A stretch of 63,727 bases of DNA, counting the filler, from Octopus bimaculoides (taxonomy: Eukaryota): NCBI RefSeq assembly GCF_001194135.2. It is 7 parts of 7 records of this genome, joined end to end, with 100 filler letters (N's around TTAATTAATTAA, not from the genome) between each part and the next. Parts side by side here need not be neighbours in the genome. Positions count along the whole stretch, not along the records: positions 11,823 to 21,957 come from NC_069004.1; positions 22,058 to 32,631 come from NC_068984.1; 5 more parts are not named here. The stretch is one strand, 5' to 3'. This document shows, piece after piece, positions 12,442 to 24,930 of the stretch. Each line of letters starts with the position of its first letter. Position 1 is the first letter of the stretch. Made by a program: the position numbers and the translations under genes. The notes under the pieces were generated by a model. The model saw only the letters and a program-made list of their open reading frames with translations, was not told the origin of the DNA and did not search any database.

Positions 12442-12640
12442 AAAGGCAGTGCTTCAGCATGGCCGCAGTCAAATGACTGAAACAAGTAAAAGAGCAAAAG
12501 AGTATATATATATATATCTTTTATACTCTTTTATACTTGTTTCAGACATTTGACTGCGGCCATACTGAAGCACCGCCTTTAGTCGAGCAAATCAACCCCA
12601 GGACTTACTCATTGTAAGACTAGTACTTATTCTCTTTAGA
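12442..12640. repeat. Tail-to-tail inverted pair of SINE family A 3' ends around (TA)n
   Basis: aaggcagtgcttcagcatggccgcagtcaaatgactgaaacaagt is inverted as acttgtttcagacatttgactgcggccatactgaagcaccgcctt. Confidence 0.85.
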
Positions 12641-13390
12641 GTTTAGATAAGTGAAGAGAGTTCTGTAGTATAATTCTTTTCTCCATGATGCATAGCCTGC
12701 ACCTTCTACTGTTACTGAAATAAGGTTTGCACCTCCCCAATACTCTCTGTTTGTTGTTGAATCCATGGTGCTTTCTTTCAATGACCATATGTATCTCAGG
12801 GTTGTGACATTTTGCCTGTCCTGGATATGAAAAGAGAACTTATAGTTGTTAAATCTGGTCCTGAAGGGACTTCTGTCACAACCTCATATTTCTACATGTT
12901 TGTCTATCTGTTGGGATCTTTTGACACCACCTCTGTTCGTATATAAAGGTCTTTGTGGTGCAGTGATCATTTAGTGAGCATGTTGTGCTGCCTTGGTACA
13001 AGCTGCCTCTGCTTCAAGCATGAGCCTACTTAGTAAAAGTTTTTTTCCTGCTCAGTCTGCAGCTTAAAGAAACTCTCAAGGTGTGTCTAAGAAATATCTT
13101 TCTGTTTCTGTGTGTTTGGGAGAAGTGTTTATTAACTGAACTAACAAATATCTCACCTACACAAGTTTTTACATTCAAGGAGAAAGCAACAAAACTCTCT
13201 GATGATGTTTTCTCTTGGTGGGGTTAGAGTTGGGTGTGTAACTAATTTTATCCTTAAAACTGGTGGTGGCCAAGGCCTCAATGTGGTATGGGGCTGCAAC
13301 ATCAAAAGCATCTCTTTTCTAGGTGATTCTTCTGCTGATCTCCTTAACCAGGTCCTTGAATACTTTGGTTGGATGTCAGGAAGCTAAATT
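12640..13390 (-). mobile_element. Degenerate Penelope-like fragment (linker plus GIY-YIG C-terminus)
   Basis: Minus-strand translation gives FSLNVKTCVGEIFVSSVNKHFSQTHRNRKIFLRHTLRVSLSC and RCKPYFSNSRRCRLC, resembling the PLE linker and C-terminal CxLC motif. Many stops. Confidence 0.65.
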
Positions 13391-13764
13391 AATATATGTC
13401 AGCCTCTCATTCAGTTTTCTAAAGGGTTTATAAGTATTAATGTCTAAGTATAAGATCATATAAGATCATGAAAAGTATTCCACTTATAATCAGCCTATCT
13501 TTATTTTATATACAGAGAAACCAGAGCCACATTAACCAACATATTCTTTTTCATGAAATAGGTTTTGCTTTGAGGGAAATCTGGCTGCTGTTTCCAGCGA
13601 CAAGCACAACCCCATAGAGGTTCACTGTGGCTGATCATTTATCTGATAATGGTGACTCATGGAAAGAAGTGAAAGGTGGGATATCTTCATATATTTTTTT
13701 TTCCTTGTCTCTATTATTTACTAACAAATTGCAAAAGATAGCAAGCTAGCTAGCTATATAGATT

Positions 13765-13798
<34 letters not shown>

Positions 13799-14067
13799 GA
13801 CAGAGACAGAGAGAGAGAGAGAGAGAGAGAAATAGGGAGTTGTGAGTTGTTGATAACAGTGACAATGGTGGGAATGTTTATCTCAAGCTGACATCCATTT
13901 GAATTGGTCAGCTTTTTAGCTGACCAATTGACCCCATGCCAATCAGGGGTCAATATCTTATTTTTCACAGTTGACTGCCTTGACTATAGAAAAAAATGCC
14001 AGTGATGACAATGATTATGGTTTTGGTGATGCTGGTAATAAAAAAGAAATAATGATGATGTTCATAT

Positions 14068-14425
14068 TTTATCTTTTAATTGTTTCAGTCATTTCACTGT
14101 AGCCATGCTGTGCCTTGAAGAATTTTAGTCTAATGAATGGACCCCAGTCCTTATTTCGTTTTTGAAGCCAGGTACTTATTCTATCTGTCTCTTTTGCTGA
14201 ATCACTAAGTTATGGGTAGTAAACATACCAACACCAGTTGTCAAGTAGTGGTGGTGGGAGACAAACACACATACATATATGACAGGCTTCTTTCAGTTTC
14301 TGTCTCTCAAATCCACTCACAAGGCTTTGGTCAGTCCAAGGCTTTAGTAGAAGACACTTGCCCAGGATGCCATGCAGTGGGACTGAACTGAAAACCACGT
14401 GATTGGAAAACAAATTTCTTACTCA
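14068..14425 (-). mobile_element. SINE family A
   Basis: Reverse-complement match to 10562-10978 (aatccactcacaaggctttggtc, gacacttgccc, ttgtttcagtcatt). Confidence 0.85.
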
Positions 14426-14458
14426 TGATGCTGGTGCTAGTGATGGAGAAGAAAATAA

Positions 14459-14548
14459 AGAAGAAGAAGAAGAAGAAGAAGAAGAAGAAGAAGAAGAAGA
14501 AGAAGAAGAAGAAGAAGAAGAAGAAGAAGAAGAAGAAGAAGAAGAAGA
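14459..14548. repeat. (GAA)n microsatellite
   Basis: Direct reading of the sequence. Confidence 0.98.
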
Positions 14549-14603
14549 TAATGATGGTGGTTATGATGATGAGGCTGATACTGGTGATGGAGAAGATAGA
14601 TTC

Positions 14604-14642
<39 letters not shown>

Positions 14643-15759
14643 TGTTTATAATACAATACTATAAATTAAGAGCCATGTGTAGCCGAGTAAGTTAACTGGG
14701 TGGTTTCACATAAACCCACTTATCTCTTAGCAGAGAGCATGTTCAAACAATTGCCAGACATGATTCACTGGGAATTGGTAGTCAGATTTCTTTTGCACAG
14801 AAGTTGCAAATATTTATGTCTGATTAGGCTGAAGGCCAAGGGTAAAAACAAAGTGTTTGGCTTCAAAAAAGCTGGAATGTAAAGCCACAGAAATTATGAT
14901 CATATCAGAAATAAGTAAATAAATAAATAAATATCCTTTTGTTTGGCTTGGAAAGTCTAACTACAAAGTAAATGCATTCTAATGATTGCATACTGTTCAA
15001 TGAGGCAAATTTGAAAGATTCATACAGATACAAAGAAACAAAGAAGAAGAGAGATGAGAAAGAAAAAGAAAGAAAATGGAAGATAGAAAAAAGGGTGGGG
15101 TGCAAAACAGTGGGAAACGGAGGGGCAATGGGTCACATATCCCAGAACAAGTGGGGTGCTCATCCACACCCTGCAGTAATGACTACAATGGTGTTGCCAT
15201 GGAAAATGGCCAGCAATACTCACTGCAGTAGCCACTACCCCTCACAGAGCTCATTTCTTCAATGGGCTGCTGTTATCTCTCTCTTGCAGAGGAAATCAGT
15301 CGTATGGGGTCCTAGAACACGTGACGTCTCAACAGTAACTGACACAAACTGATAGCAGAGGTAGTTTATGCATATGCATATGAGAGTGAGATAGGAGGTA
15401 AAGGGAGATACAGAGAGGGGGAAAGAAGAGAGGAAAAGGTAGAGAGACAAAGAGCAAGAAGTGAGGGATGGAGATGAGTAGAAAACTAAAATGACCCAGA
15501 GTGTAAGAAGGGACTTAAACTCATAGAAATGCAAAAGACAGCCATTGCCACCAAGAAGAAATTAACCAGTTCATTAAAATGTATTTGTGCTCAGGAGAGC
15601 AGGTAGAAAATGTTTCCATTTTGGTGAGACATTGATAGTCTTCAGGATCAACTACTCTGCCAAACAGCCTACACCTCATATTGCTGTCAAAGTACAACCT
15701 GCATTTTTTGAAGTAACCTTCAGTTGATCTTATACAATGCAATCTTTTCATTTATTAAT

Positions 15760-16138
15760 TAGATGTGACTGTGTGGTTAAGAAGTTTGCTTCCCAGCCAC
15801 GTGGTTCCAGGTTCAATCCCACTGCATGGCACCTTAGGAAAGTGTCTTCTACAGCAGCCTTGGGTTAACCAATGCCTTGTGAGTGGATTTGGAAGATGGA
15901 AACTGAAAGAAGTCCATTGTGTGTGACTTTGTCTCCAACCACTACTCGACAACTAGAGCTGGTGTGTTTACATCCCCATAACATAGCAGTTTGACAAAAG
16001 GGATCAATAGAATAAGTGCCAGGCTTAAAAAATGTAAGTACTTGCATCGATTAATTTGACTAAAAAATTCTCCAAGCCGGTGCCCCAGCATGGCCACAAT
16101 CTGATGGCTAAAACAAATAAGAGACAAAAAGGAAAAGA
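15760..16138 (+). mobile_element. SINE family A
   Basis: Same head, body and tail as 10562-10978. Confidence 0.85.
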
Positions 16139-16465
16139 ACTAGGTAGTGTCATAATGATTAGATGTGTGTGTGTGTGTGTAAATGAATGCCTGCTTACAG
16201 TTTCTTTTTTCTAAAATTCAAAGTTACAAGAGATGATATTATTAATTACCAGGTCAACAAGCCATATGTTGGCAACATGCTTTTGAAGATATGTACAATA
16301 AAAGATCCCTTACCTGAAAAACTGGTAAGGGTTAGCAATAAAAGGACATTTAGCTGTAAAACAATGCCTCAGTAAATATATTTGTCTAATCCCATGCTAA
16401 CATGGAAAAATGCTTCACTTATATGGATGTATGTATGTACTTATATATGTGTATGTGTGTGTATA

Positions 16466-19400
16466 TCATCATCATTGTTTAGCATCCTCTTTCTATGCTG
16501 GCATGGGTTGGACGATTTGACATGGAGCTGGCTAGCAGGGAGCTGTTCAGACTCCAACTGTCTGTTGTGGCATGGTTTCTATGGCTGGATGCCCTTTCTA
16601 ATGCCAACCGCTTAACAGAGTGTGCTGGGTGCTTTTTATGTACTACCAGTACAGGTGAGTTTATGTAGCAACAGCAGGGTGCATTAACGCAGCACCAACA
16701 TAACTACTTTTTAAGTGGTACCAGCACCTGAAGGACAAGCCTGTATGTGTCCACACAGACAACGATTTTACTTAGTTTGATGAATCTTATCAAGTACAGC
16801 AAATCACCACATCTGCCAGTCCCTTGTCATTTCCTAAGTGAATCCCAACATCTAAAGGTCCTTTCTCACCACTTCATCCCATGTCTTTCTGGGTCTACCT
16901 CTTCCACAGGTACCCTCAACAATTAGAGCTTGGCACTTCTTTATGCAGCTGTCCTCATCCATATGCATCACATGACCAAACCACATGGTCTTCTCTCTTG
17001 TACACAACATCTGATGCCTCTGATACCCAGTTTTCTTCTTAAATCATTTACACTCTGTCACACATGCACACTGGCATTACCCATTCAGTGGAGCATGCTA
17101 TCTTCATTTCTTTTAAGCCTTCACAGGTCCTCTGTAGTCAAAGCCTGTGTTTCATTGCCATATAACATAGCTGTACATACACAGACATCATACAATCTGT
17201 CTTTCACTCGGCGGAGGAGGTTCTTAGTTATCAACAAAGGTAGAAGCTCTATGACCTTTGCTCAACCTGTTCTTATCCTTGCAACAACACTTTCAGAACT
17301 TCCTCCACCACTGCTAACTTGGTCTCCTAGGTAACAGAGGTTATCTACTACATCTAAAGATCCCCCAAGTATTTGAGGGAGCTGATTGTCTGCACATTTG
17401 CCACACACAAAGACTATATTCTCTGTTAACCTTCCTTTGATACCACTACACTGGGTATATATCAAGCAGAGCCATCTCCCAGAAGGGACTTGTGATCTGT
17501 TTGTTTTCCTACTTACTAGGACTTTGGTTTTTGCTAAATTAATTCTAAGGCCTTGTTTTCACACCTGAAATTTCTTCTCTTGGTTAGGTAGCGATTCAGC
17601 TATAAGAACAAGATCATCAGCGTAGAGGAGCTCCCAGGGACAGCTGGTGTTGAATTCCTCTTTTAAGGCCTGAAGAACTAAGATAAACAGGAGGGGAGTG
17701 AGAACTGAGCCTTGGTGGACTCCTACCTGTACACTGAATTCATTGCTATATTCATTGCCAACCTTCACCATAACTGGCAGCATCCCTGTACATGGCTTGT
17801 ACTGCTCTCATTAACCACTCATCTACCCCTAGCCTCTGCATTAACTAGCAAATAGGGAAGTGAGGGATCCTGTCAAAGGCTTTCTCCTTGTTGACAAAAA
17901 CCAGGTACAGAGGTTTATTTTTAGCTAAATACTTTTCCTGTATTTGCTTAACCAGGAATATAGCATCAGTTGTGCTCCTGCCTGGTACAAATCCAAACTG
18001 CATCTCATCAACACTAACTCTCTCCCTAATTAATTGAACGATGACCCCTCTGTGACTTCATCACCTGGGCTAACAGTTTGATGCCTTTGTAGTTATTTCT
18101 CTCTAAGGCCTTTGTAGCAGTTGCTACACCAATTGTTGGGTATGATTCCCTCATGATTAACTATATGGGTGACTAGGCCATATACTACTCTGTGAGATAT
18201 TTTGAGCATCTCAGCAGTAATTCCTGATGGGCCAAGGGCTTTCCTTGTTTTCATATCCTTAATTGCTTTATCTATCAAGCTACTGTCGATTTGGGTAGCT
18301 GGCCCCTCAGTTGGGTTTGCATTTGACAAACTCTCCTTCTCGCATGCATTCTCTACATTCAGCAGCCTTTCATAATGGCATTTCCAAGCCTCTTTCTTTG
18401 CGGAATCATTAAATGCAAGTGAACCATCATCCATGTGGACACATTTCTCTCCTGTGACATCACAATTTTCTCTCACACACTGTCTTGCAATCCGAAACAC
18501 TTCAAATCCTAGGTCCTCATATCACAGAATATTGGCAAACTTCTTTTCTGTCTCTCCTCTAGCTAAATATACCTGTCTCCTAGCTTCCCTTCTGGCTATC
18601 TGATACCATTCCATTCTACTACCATACTTCCAGTCCTTCCAGGCCCGTTCCTTTTCTCTACAGATTTGGTCAGTAGCCCTCAGCAGGCTGTCCCATAGGA
18701 ATCACCAGTTATCCTCAACGTTATATGTCACTATATCCTCCTCTTTTTCATCAAATGCTTCAAGTAAAATTTCTCTAAATCTCTGAGCATGCAAAGGATC
18801 CTTAAGCTTCCAGACCCTTCTTTTCCACATTGGTTTGGAAGCCTTTTAGCAGCCTTTTAGGCAGCCTTTTTGCCCTGATCCTGAAAATGTTAACAACTAA
18901 CCTAGGTTGGGCGGTGCATTCTTCACTTGGGAAAGTTTTGGCGTTTATAAGCAGCCATCTTTCCCATTTTCTGATGATAATGTAGTCAATCTGACTAGTG
19001 TGCCTACCAGATTGATAGGCGAACAGGTGACTGGTAGGTTTCCTGAAGTTAGTATTGCAGATCATAAGTCCATTTGTATCACAGAATTCCTGCAGCCTTG
19101 TTCCCTCCTCATTACAGGAACCAAATCTGTTGCTACCATGCATGCCATGGAAGCTACCTGGGTGTTGTCCAACATGCCCATTGAAGTTATCAGCCACAAA
19201 GAGAAGGTCTCTGTCACTCATTGATGAGGTAGTCTGAAAAAGGGTGTCATAAAATTGGTCTTTCTGTTCTTCAGGTAGTCACAGCTGAGAGGCATAGGCC
19301 AAGATAATGGTTGCTGTCTCACGTTGCAGCACTAGTCTAAGCTTAAGCAGTCTATCACACTCTGACTACCTCAATACCTTATCCATTTCTCAATACTACC

Positions 19401-19620
19401 TCAATACCAATCCATTTCTCAGCAAGAAGTATGCCCATGCCCCCAACCCCATCACTGTTCCCTACCCAGAAGATTTTATACCTATGCTCTTTGCCAGTGA
19501 GGAACTTAGCAGAACCTCCTCTCCACCTTACTTCTTAGATGCAACACACATCTACACACCTCCATTAAAACATCTCAACAATCTCACCAGAGTGTGCCAA
19601 CTCTGAGGGTGTGAAAGGTG
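16466..19620 (-). mobile_element. RTE-clade LINE, near full-length ORF but degenerate (APE plus RT) with (GAT)n tail
   Basis: APE N-terminus TLRVGTL at ~19600, FNGHVG...QIDYII at 18802-19221, and RT GVHQGSVLTPLLF...ELLYADDLVLIAE at 17559-17783. The 3' end has (TCA)n on the + strand at 16466-16475. Confidence 0.9.
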
Positions 19621-20234
19621 TAGGCTGGGATAGGAGATAACATTTTGCATCTGAAAAGAAAGCTCTCATGTACATTTAGCAGACATTCATATATTTACAA
19701 ATAGCTTTTAACCTGCATTTACTTCACTGTCATTTTATTCGCTTCACACACACCATGTTTACCTGGAGATAACTACTAGATAGAGATGGAAGTGAGGGAG
19801 AGAGCGTTCTGTAAAGGTTTCTGGTAGACGTTCTAGGAGAAAGACTTCTGGTAGGGGTTCAAGGAGAAGAAACTTCCTGTAGAGGTTCGAGGAGAAAAGA
19901 CTTCTGGTACAGGTGGTGGTCACACCACAAATGACCAAACATCATGGCTGCCCCATTCCCTAGATAAAGGACATATAAAATATCCAAACAGACAAAGCAA
20001 AAACCACTATTTAACAGATAGCATGGAACAAAGCAAGGATTCAGACCTAATATGAGCAAGGTAGAATAAAGTGGGTAACAAGACTAATAAAGAGATGAAA
20101 TTGTTGAGAATTAGAGCTATTGGAGAAGAATAGAATTGAACATTTGGATTTCTTAACTTTACTATAACATACAACATAGAAATAATGAAGATTTATAGAT
20201 AAATAAATAAATAATAATAATAATAATAATAACA

Positions 20235-20306
<72 letters not shown>

Positions 20307-20307
<1 letters not shown>

Positions 20308-20600
20308 GGAAGGTAATTCAAATGTGGAATCTAAAAACAGAAACAATTCCTATCATAGTAAGTGCCTTAGGTATAATAAAAAAATATTCAGACAAATACG
20401 TAACAAAAACACCAGAACTTACAAATATATATAACATACAGAAAATTGCACTACTGGGCACTGCACACATCTTACGCACAACACTTTCAATACAGTAACC
20501 ATAAGAGCATCACAGCAAATCACAGCACATACCCAAGGCACACAGAGCTGTGCTCGGTAGTGAAGTAAAAGCACGCTATAAAAATAAAACTACTGAATAA
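20307..20600 (+). mobile_element. 5'-truncated R4/Dong-type (RLE) non-LTR element embedded in (AAT)n
   Basis: Translates to MWNLKTETIPIIVSALGIIKK...IQKIALLGTAHILR, the C-terminus of R4/Dong-clade ORFs. It has (AAT)n at 20211-20306 upstream and at ~20597-20612 downstream. Confidence 0.8.
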
Positions 20601-21004
20601 TAATAATAATAAATGCTCTGATGCAGTACCAGGCAGTGACTCTCATGGCTTTTGATCTTAACTGATTGGAAGTGTTATCATGTACATTGTTTTGTCTTGG
20701 TATAAAAGATGGTCTACAGCAAATATTCTGCTCAATACCACAGATTTGCTTGTCGGTTGCTTGACCTTAACCAGTTGAGCATGTCCCTTGGTGGCTGATG
20801 ATCTGTGCATCTCTGATCACAAGCAGAAGTAGTGGGGAGCATCATAGCCATGTGTTGAGAGGGATTCTTTGGGATTTGAATAATTCATCTCCGGAAACAT
20901 GGGTGTTTTGTTCATCATCCTTAAACAAACCTTATTCAGGGACCTTTTGAGCAGAATGGGCTACTCATCCTGGAGAAAAATTCTAACTGGGCCCCATCTG
21001 CAAG

Positions 21005-21270
21005 GTCATGCACTGTTTAGTGCCCCTGGACTGGCTTGTGCGGGTGGCACATAAAAGACACCATTTCGAGCGTGGCCGTTTTTGTGCGGGTGACATGTAA
21101 AAGCACCCACTACACTCTCTGAGTGGTTGGCGTTAGGAAGGGCATCCAGCTGTAGAAACTCTGCCAAATTAGATTGGAGCCTGGTGTTGCCATCCGGTTT
21201 CACCAGTCCTCAGTCAAATCGTCCAACCCATGCTAGCATGGAAAGCGGACGTTAAATGATGATGATGATG
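21005..21270 (+). repeat. RTE-type 3' end / RTE-tailed short element with (GAT)n tail
   Basis: gttggcgttaggaagggcatccagc...ccaacccatgctagcatggaaagcggacgttaaatgatgatgatg matches the 3' end of the LINE at 16466-16680. Confidence 0.7.
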
Positions 21271-21413
21271 ATAAGATCACCATGTTGCGCACATATGGTT
21301 GTGATGCATTGTGCCTAGTGTAATCTTATCAGATGGGTAGTCACGATGGGTATACTGAACTTCATATATTTTACCCCAGTGTCACTTTGATGGCATGCAC
21401 TACTCTCTCACTC

Positions 21414-21465
<52 letters not shown>

Positions 21466-21703
21466 TTGCTGGTGCTGTAACCACTGCTGCTGCTACACAT
21501 AAAAACAATGATATCAGTGATATCAGTGATGATAATAGTGATAATAATGAAAGGGAACGAGTGGAGCCTCCTCCTCCTCATGAGCTGATTAATTAGTGAT
21601 TGTGTCACAATAAAAACACTAGCAATTGCGCAACCTGATAATTGCTACCTCATATGAGTGACAATGAAAAAACAAAATATTGTGAATAACGGTGGTAATG
21701 AAA

Positions 21704-21957
21704 CTATAGGAAAGTTGGTTATACATCATTAGATGTATACCTGACTTTCCTATATAATATTAAGAATTAAATGGAACGCTGAACTCCAGACTATCAACTT
21801 AAACAACATTTATTCAGGTGGTAAATATATACATCTTTAGCTCTTGTTTGTTGTTACAGCTTCTGTGTGTGTGAGCATTGTTGTTGGGACGTTGGTATGT
21901 AGATGTAAGCGAGCTGTCGAGCGTAAGTTCGAAAGATGGAGAGAGACAGCTAAACAC
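21704..21957. repeat. Second copy of the 32909-33270 repeat family (runs into a gap)
   Basis: tataggaaagttggttatacatcattagatgtatacctgactttcctata and gagctgtc...gagacagctaaacac. Confidence 0.65.
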
Positions 21958-23376
21958 NNNNNNNNNNNNNNNNNNNNNNNNNNNNNNNNNNNNNNNNNNN
22001 NTTAATTAATTAANNNNNNNNNNNNNNNNNNNNNNNNNNNNNNNNNNNNNNNNNNNNCATGCTGGCATGGGTTGGACAGTTTGACCAGGGCTGACAAGCT
22101 GGAAGGCAGCACATATTACTATTATTATTATATAATGAGATTTTCTTTTAAGTTTAACTCTGTGCTTGTTCTCTGTAGAATAACTTGTAAAGAATTGGAG
22201 TCTGCAGTAAATAACTATTTCATCATTCTTGTTTATAAACAAGATATGATCAGCTTTCAATATCTCTAGTATTTCTCTTGTACAAAGAAGGAAATTTTTC
22301 CTATCACTATCATTTTGGATCCGTCTTGCAGCATTTGAAAGATAGACCAGTTAAAGTTACAAATTACAACCTATGATTTAAGACTAAAACTATATTCAGA
22401 GAGAGCAGTAGAGTTTTTCTAACTTTTACTTCAAAGTTTAAATTAAACTCAGGTAATAAAACTGAGAAAGAAAAGACACAGAAAGGAAAAACTATAATTA
22501 AAGACCACTAAGAGTATAAAATGAAATTTAGAAAAAAATCAAAATAATATTAAAACAAATCAAACGTTAAACCAATGATGAATAAATAAATAATACATAG
22601 ATAAATAAAAATAAAATATATGGTATGTAATTTATCCTCTGTTGATGTACTTAATTGTATTTTGTGCTATTTTTATTTCTGATAATTATTACTATTATTA
22701 TATTATTAGATTTTATTTTAATATTAGGCACTGTTTGTTTTGTATAGAATAACTTCTAAAATATTTAAAGAATAATATCTGCAGATGATAACAATTTCAC
22801 TCCTTTTCTTTACTAATATGGTGCAGTCATTCTTAATATCTCTGAGCAAATAAAATCTTTTTCCTTTTAAATTTGTAGTTGAACTTGCAAAATACATCAT
22901 TTCTGAGTTTGTACAATACATTTATATACTACATTATTTCAATTACAATTTAGTGGGCAATTATCTGTTACACCACAGTTACATTCAAATTTTTTGTCAT
23001 TATTGCAATGCTTTTGTTATAAATGAAGTACCTGTAAATTTTTAGACCCAGCAAGAGTATTATTTGTACATTCACTTCTATAATTAACATTAATATTATT
23101 ATCACTAGATATTGATATATTTAACTATTTGGTTTATCAAATGATAATAATGTATTTTTTCTCATTTCAATTTTTATATGCTTATGTGTAGCTATGTGTG
23201 TTTGTGTGCTTATGTATGTGCACACATATATATGAATTGTATGTTGATATCTGTATATGAATTTATGTACTATATAATCCTCCTTTTTGTATCTTTTTAG
23301 TTACCAATAAGTTATTAAATTTAATTTAGCAATTGGGGCAGAATCCTTTATACCTAGAACATTCAGTTTTAATTAA

Positions 23377-23798
23377 CCCTCTCAGACCTGGGACATTGTG
23401 TCTAACTTTACTCTCCACCTGGGTTCCTAAGCAAAAAAATGAATAGTTCCATATGCAGCTCAATAGTAATGATTGCAGACAAACTAATAGAGAGAATTAC
23501 AAAAAAATTCAGGAGAATAATAATAATGGGCCTATCTCTCAACTACCATATTTGTTTGCCCAAATTGCTACTTTCCTCATCTCTTTCATCAGTTTGAGTG
23601 TCTGTATCACTCTCATTTTCTGTGTAAGTGTAAACTCTTCATCCAAAGAATATTATCAATAATTTCCTCAACAGCAAAGGACTAGACAAATTGCTGGGGT
23701 TGTTATATGCTCATTCCATTGTAAAAAAAAATTCATTATTTTCTTAATTAAAACAAAAGTAAACAACAGCTTTGGGGGACACCATTTGCATGACAGGG
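23377..23798. mobile_element. Possible TTAA-flanked piggyBac-type MITE
   Basis: TTAA|CCCTCTCA ... TGACAGGG|TTAA gives short imperfect TIRs. Confidence 0.45.
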
Positions 23799-23809
23799 TT
23801 AAGGATCAT

Positions 23810-24930
23810 CAACAAAACATTTTACAAAATGCTTCTATTAGGTTTTTAGCCCCTCTCAGTCATATATAGATTGTATCAGTAAGATGATCTTAGACAATAT
23901 AACACCAACACTGAAAGGCTATATAAAATTATTTCAGTGGGATAATTCAAGTTATGTCATAGAATGGTTTGTTAGATTACAACATAAATCCAAAACTGCT
24001 GAGACCCCTACGGTCATGACTGACCATAGGATTGCACCTAGAAAGTTACCCACCGAGGCACAAGTCCGGGCAAGGTTGTTTATGGAAGACAAGCAATCAC
24101 CCATGTATACCTGCCTCCCCTATCCACACCACCAGTGTTATCCAGGGGAAAGGCAAAGGCCAATACAGCTTGGCACTTGTGACATCGCAACTCATTTCTA
24201 CAGCTGAGAGAACTGGAGCAACGTGAAATAAAGTGTCTTGCTCAAGAACACAACACACAGCTTGGTCCAGGATTCAAACTTACAACCTCACGATCGTAAG
24301 CTCAATGCTCTAACCACTGAGCCATGTGCCTTCACAAATCCAAAACTACTTTCATGCAAAACTTCTACTTTAACAGATATAGAGATAATTTTTAGCAACT
24401 AGAAACTGGTCTTATTCTAGGATCATTACTGGACTAGAAAATATAGACAAGATAATTCTGATATTACAACGGCTTCCTCCAATTCATCACAGGTAACAGA
24501 TTTGTTGGGATTATTCCTCTTAAGTGAACTAGACAAAACTTTCCTGGATTAAGGTGGTGGGTCATACTATAAGACTCTCTTTTCACAACCATTAATTACT
24601 CTTCATCTGATTTAGAACTACTTAGAAAATCCCTCTTTAAGTTCCTTAGGAATTATATCATCTCACATTTCATAAGATTATAAAAGTTGTTAATTTCCTT
24701 GATGTAGCTCTAAATGCTGGTCTCTGATACCCTATTTCATTAATGAGACCTTATAGCACATAAATAAAAACTCTAACCATCCTAAATATGTAATTAATAG
24801 TCTTGTTATAAATATATCAATCAAAATTCAAAATCTCTCACCTAATGAAAGAGTTTTTAATGACAATACTTCCTAGTATAATGAAGCCTTGACAAGAAGT
24901 GGGAATGAAAAGAACATAAAATATATATCT
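23810..24930 (+). mobile_element. Degenerate Penelope-like RT fragment interrupted by a SINE
   Basis: Translates to SKMILDNITPTLK...FQWDNSSYVIEWF before the SINE and HINKNSNHP...YNEALTRSG after it, as in PLE RT/thumb regions. Confidence 0.7.
23998..24335 (-). mobile_element. tRNA-derived SINE family C with a 12-bp TSD (second copy at ~53787-54040, +)
   Basis: Head gtgaaggcacatggctcagtggttagagc...gtttgaatcc. The direct repeat aaatccaaaact occurs at 23986-23997 and 24336-24347. Confidence 0.9.

Noticed and set aside
14403-14664. Poly-Glu and poly-Lys ORFs
   Set aside because: They are readings of the (GAA)n microsatellite with no splice or domain support.
19805-19912. Short tandem repeats of ~27 bp resembling a CRISPR-like array
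   Set aside because: Degenerate head-to-tail minisatellite with no unique spacers, in eukaryotic DNA.
22140-22921. Minus-strand ORFs with faint resemblance to a PLE N-terminal region
   Set aside because: No diagnostic motif, and the AT-rich composition can explain them.
23998-24335. tRNA gene-like A/B boxes (also at 53787, 10562, 5890)
   Set aside because: These are SINE heads followed by non-tRNA bodies, with no complete cloverleaf.
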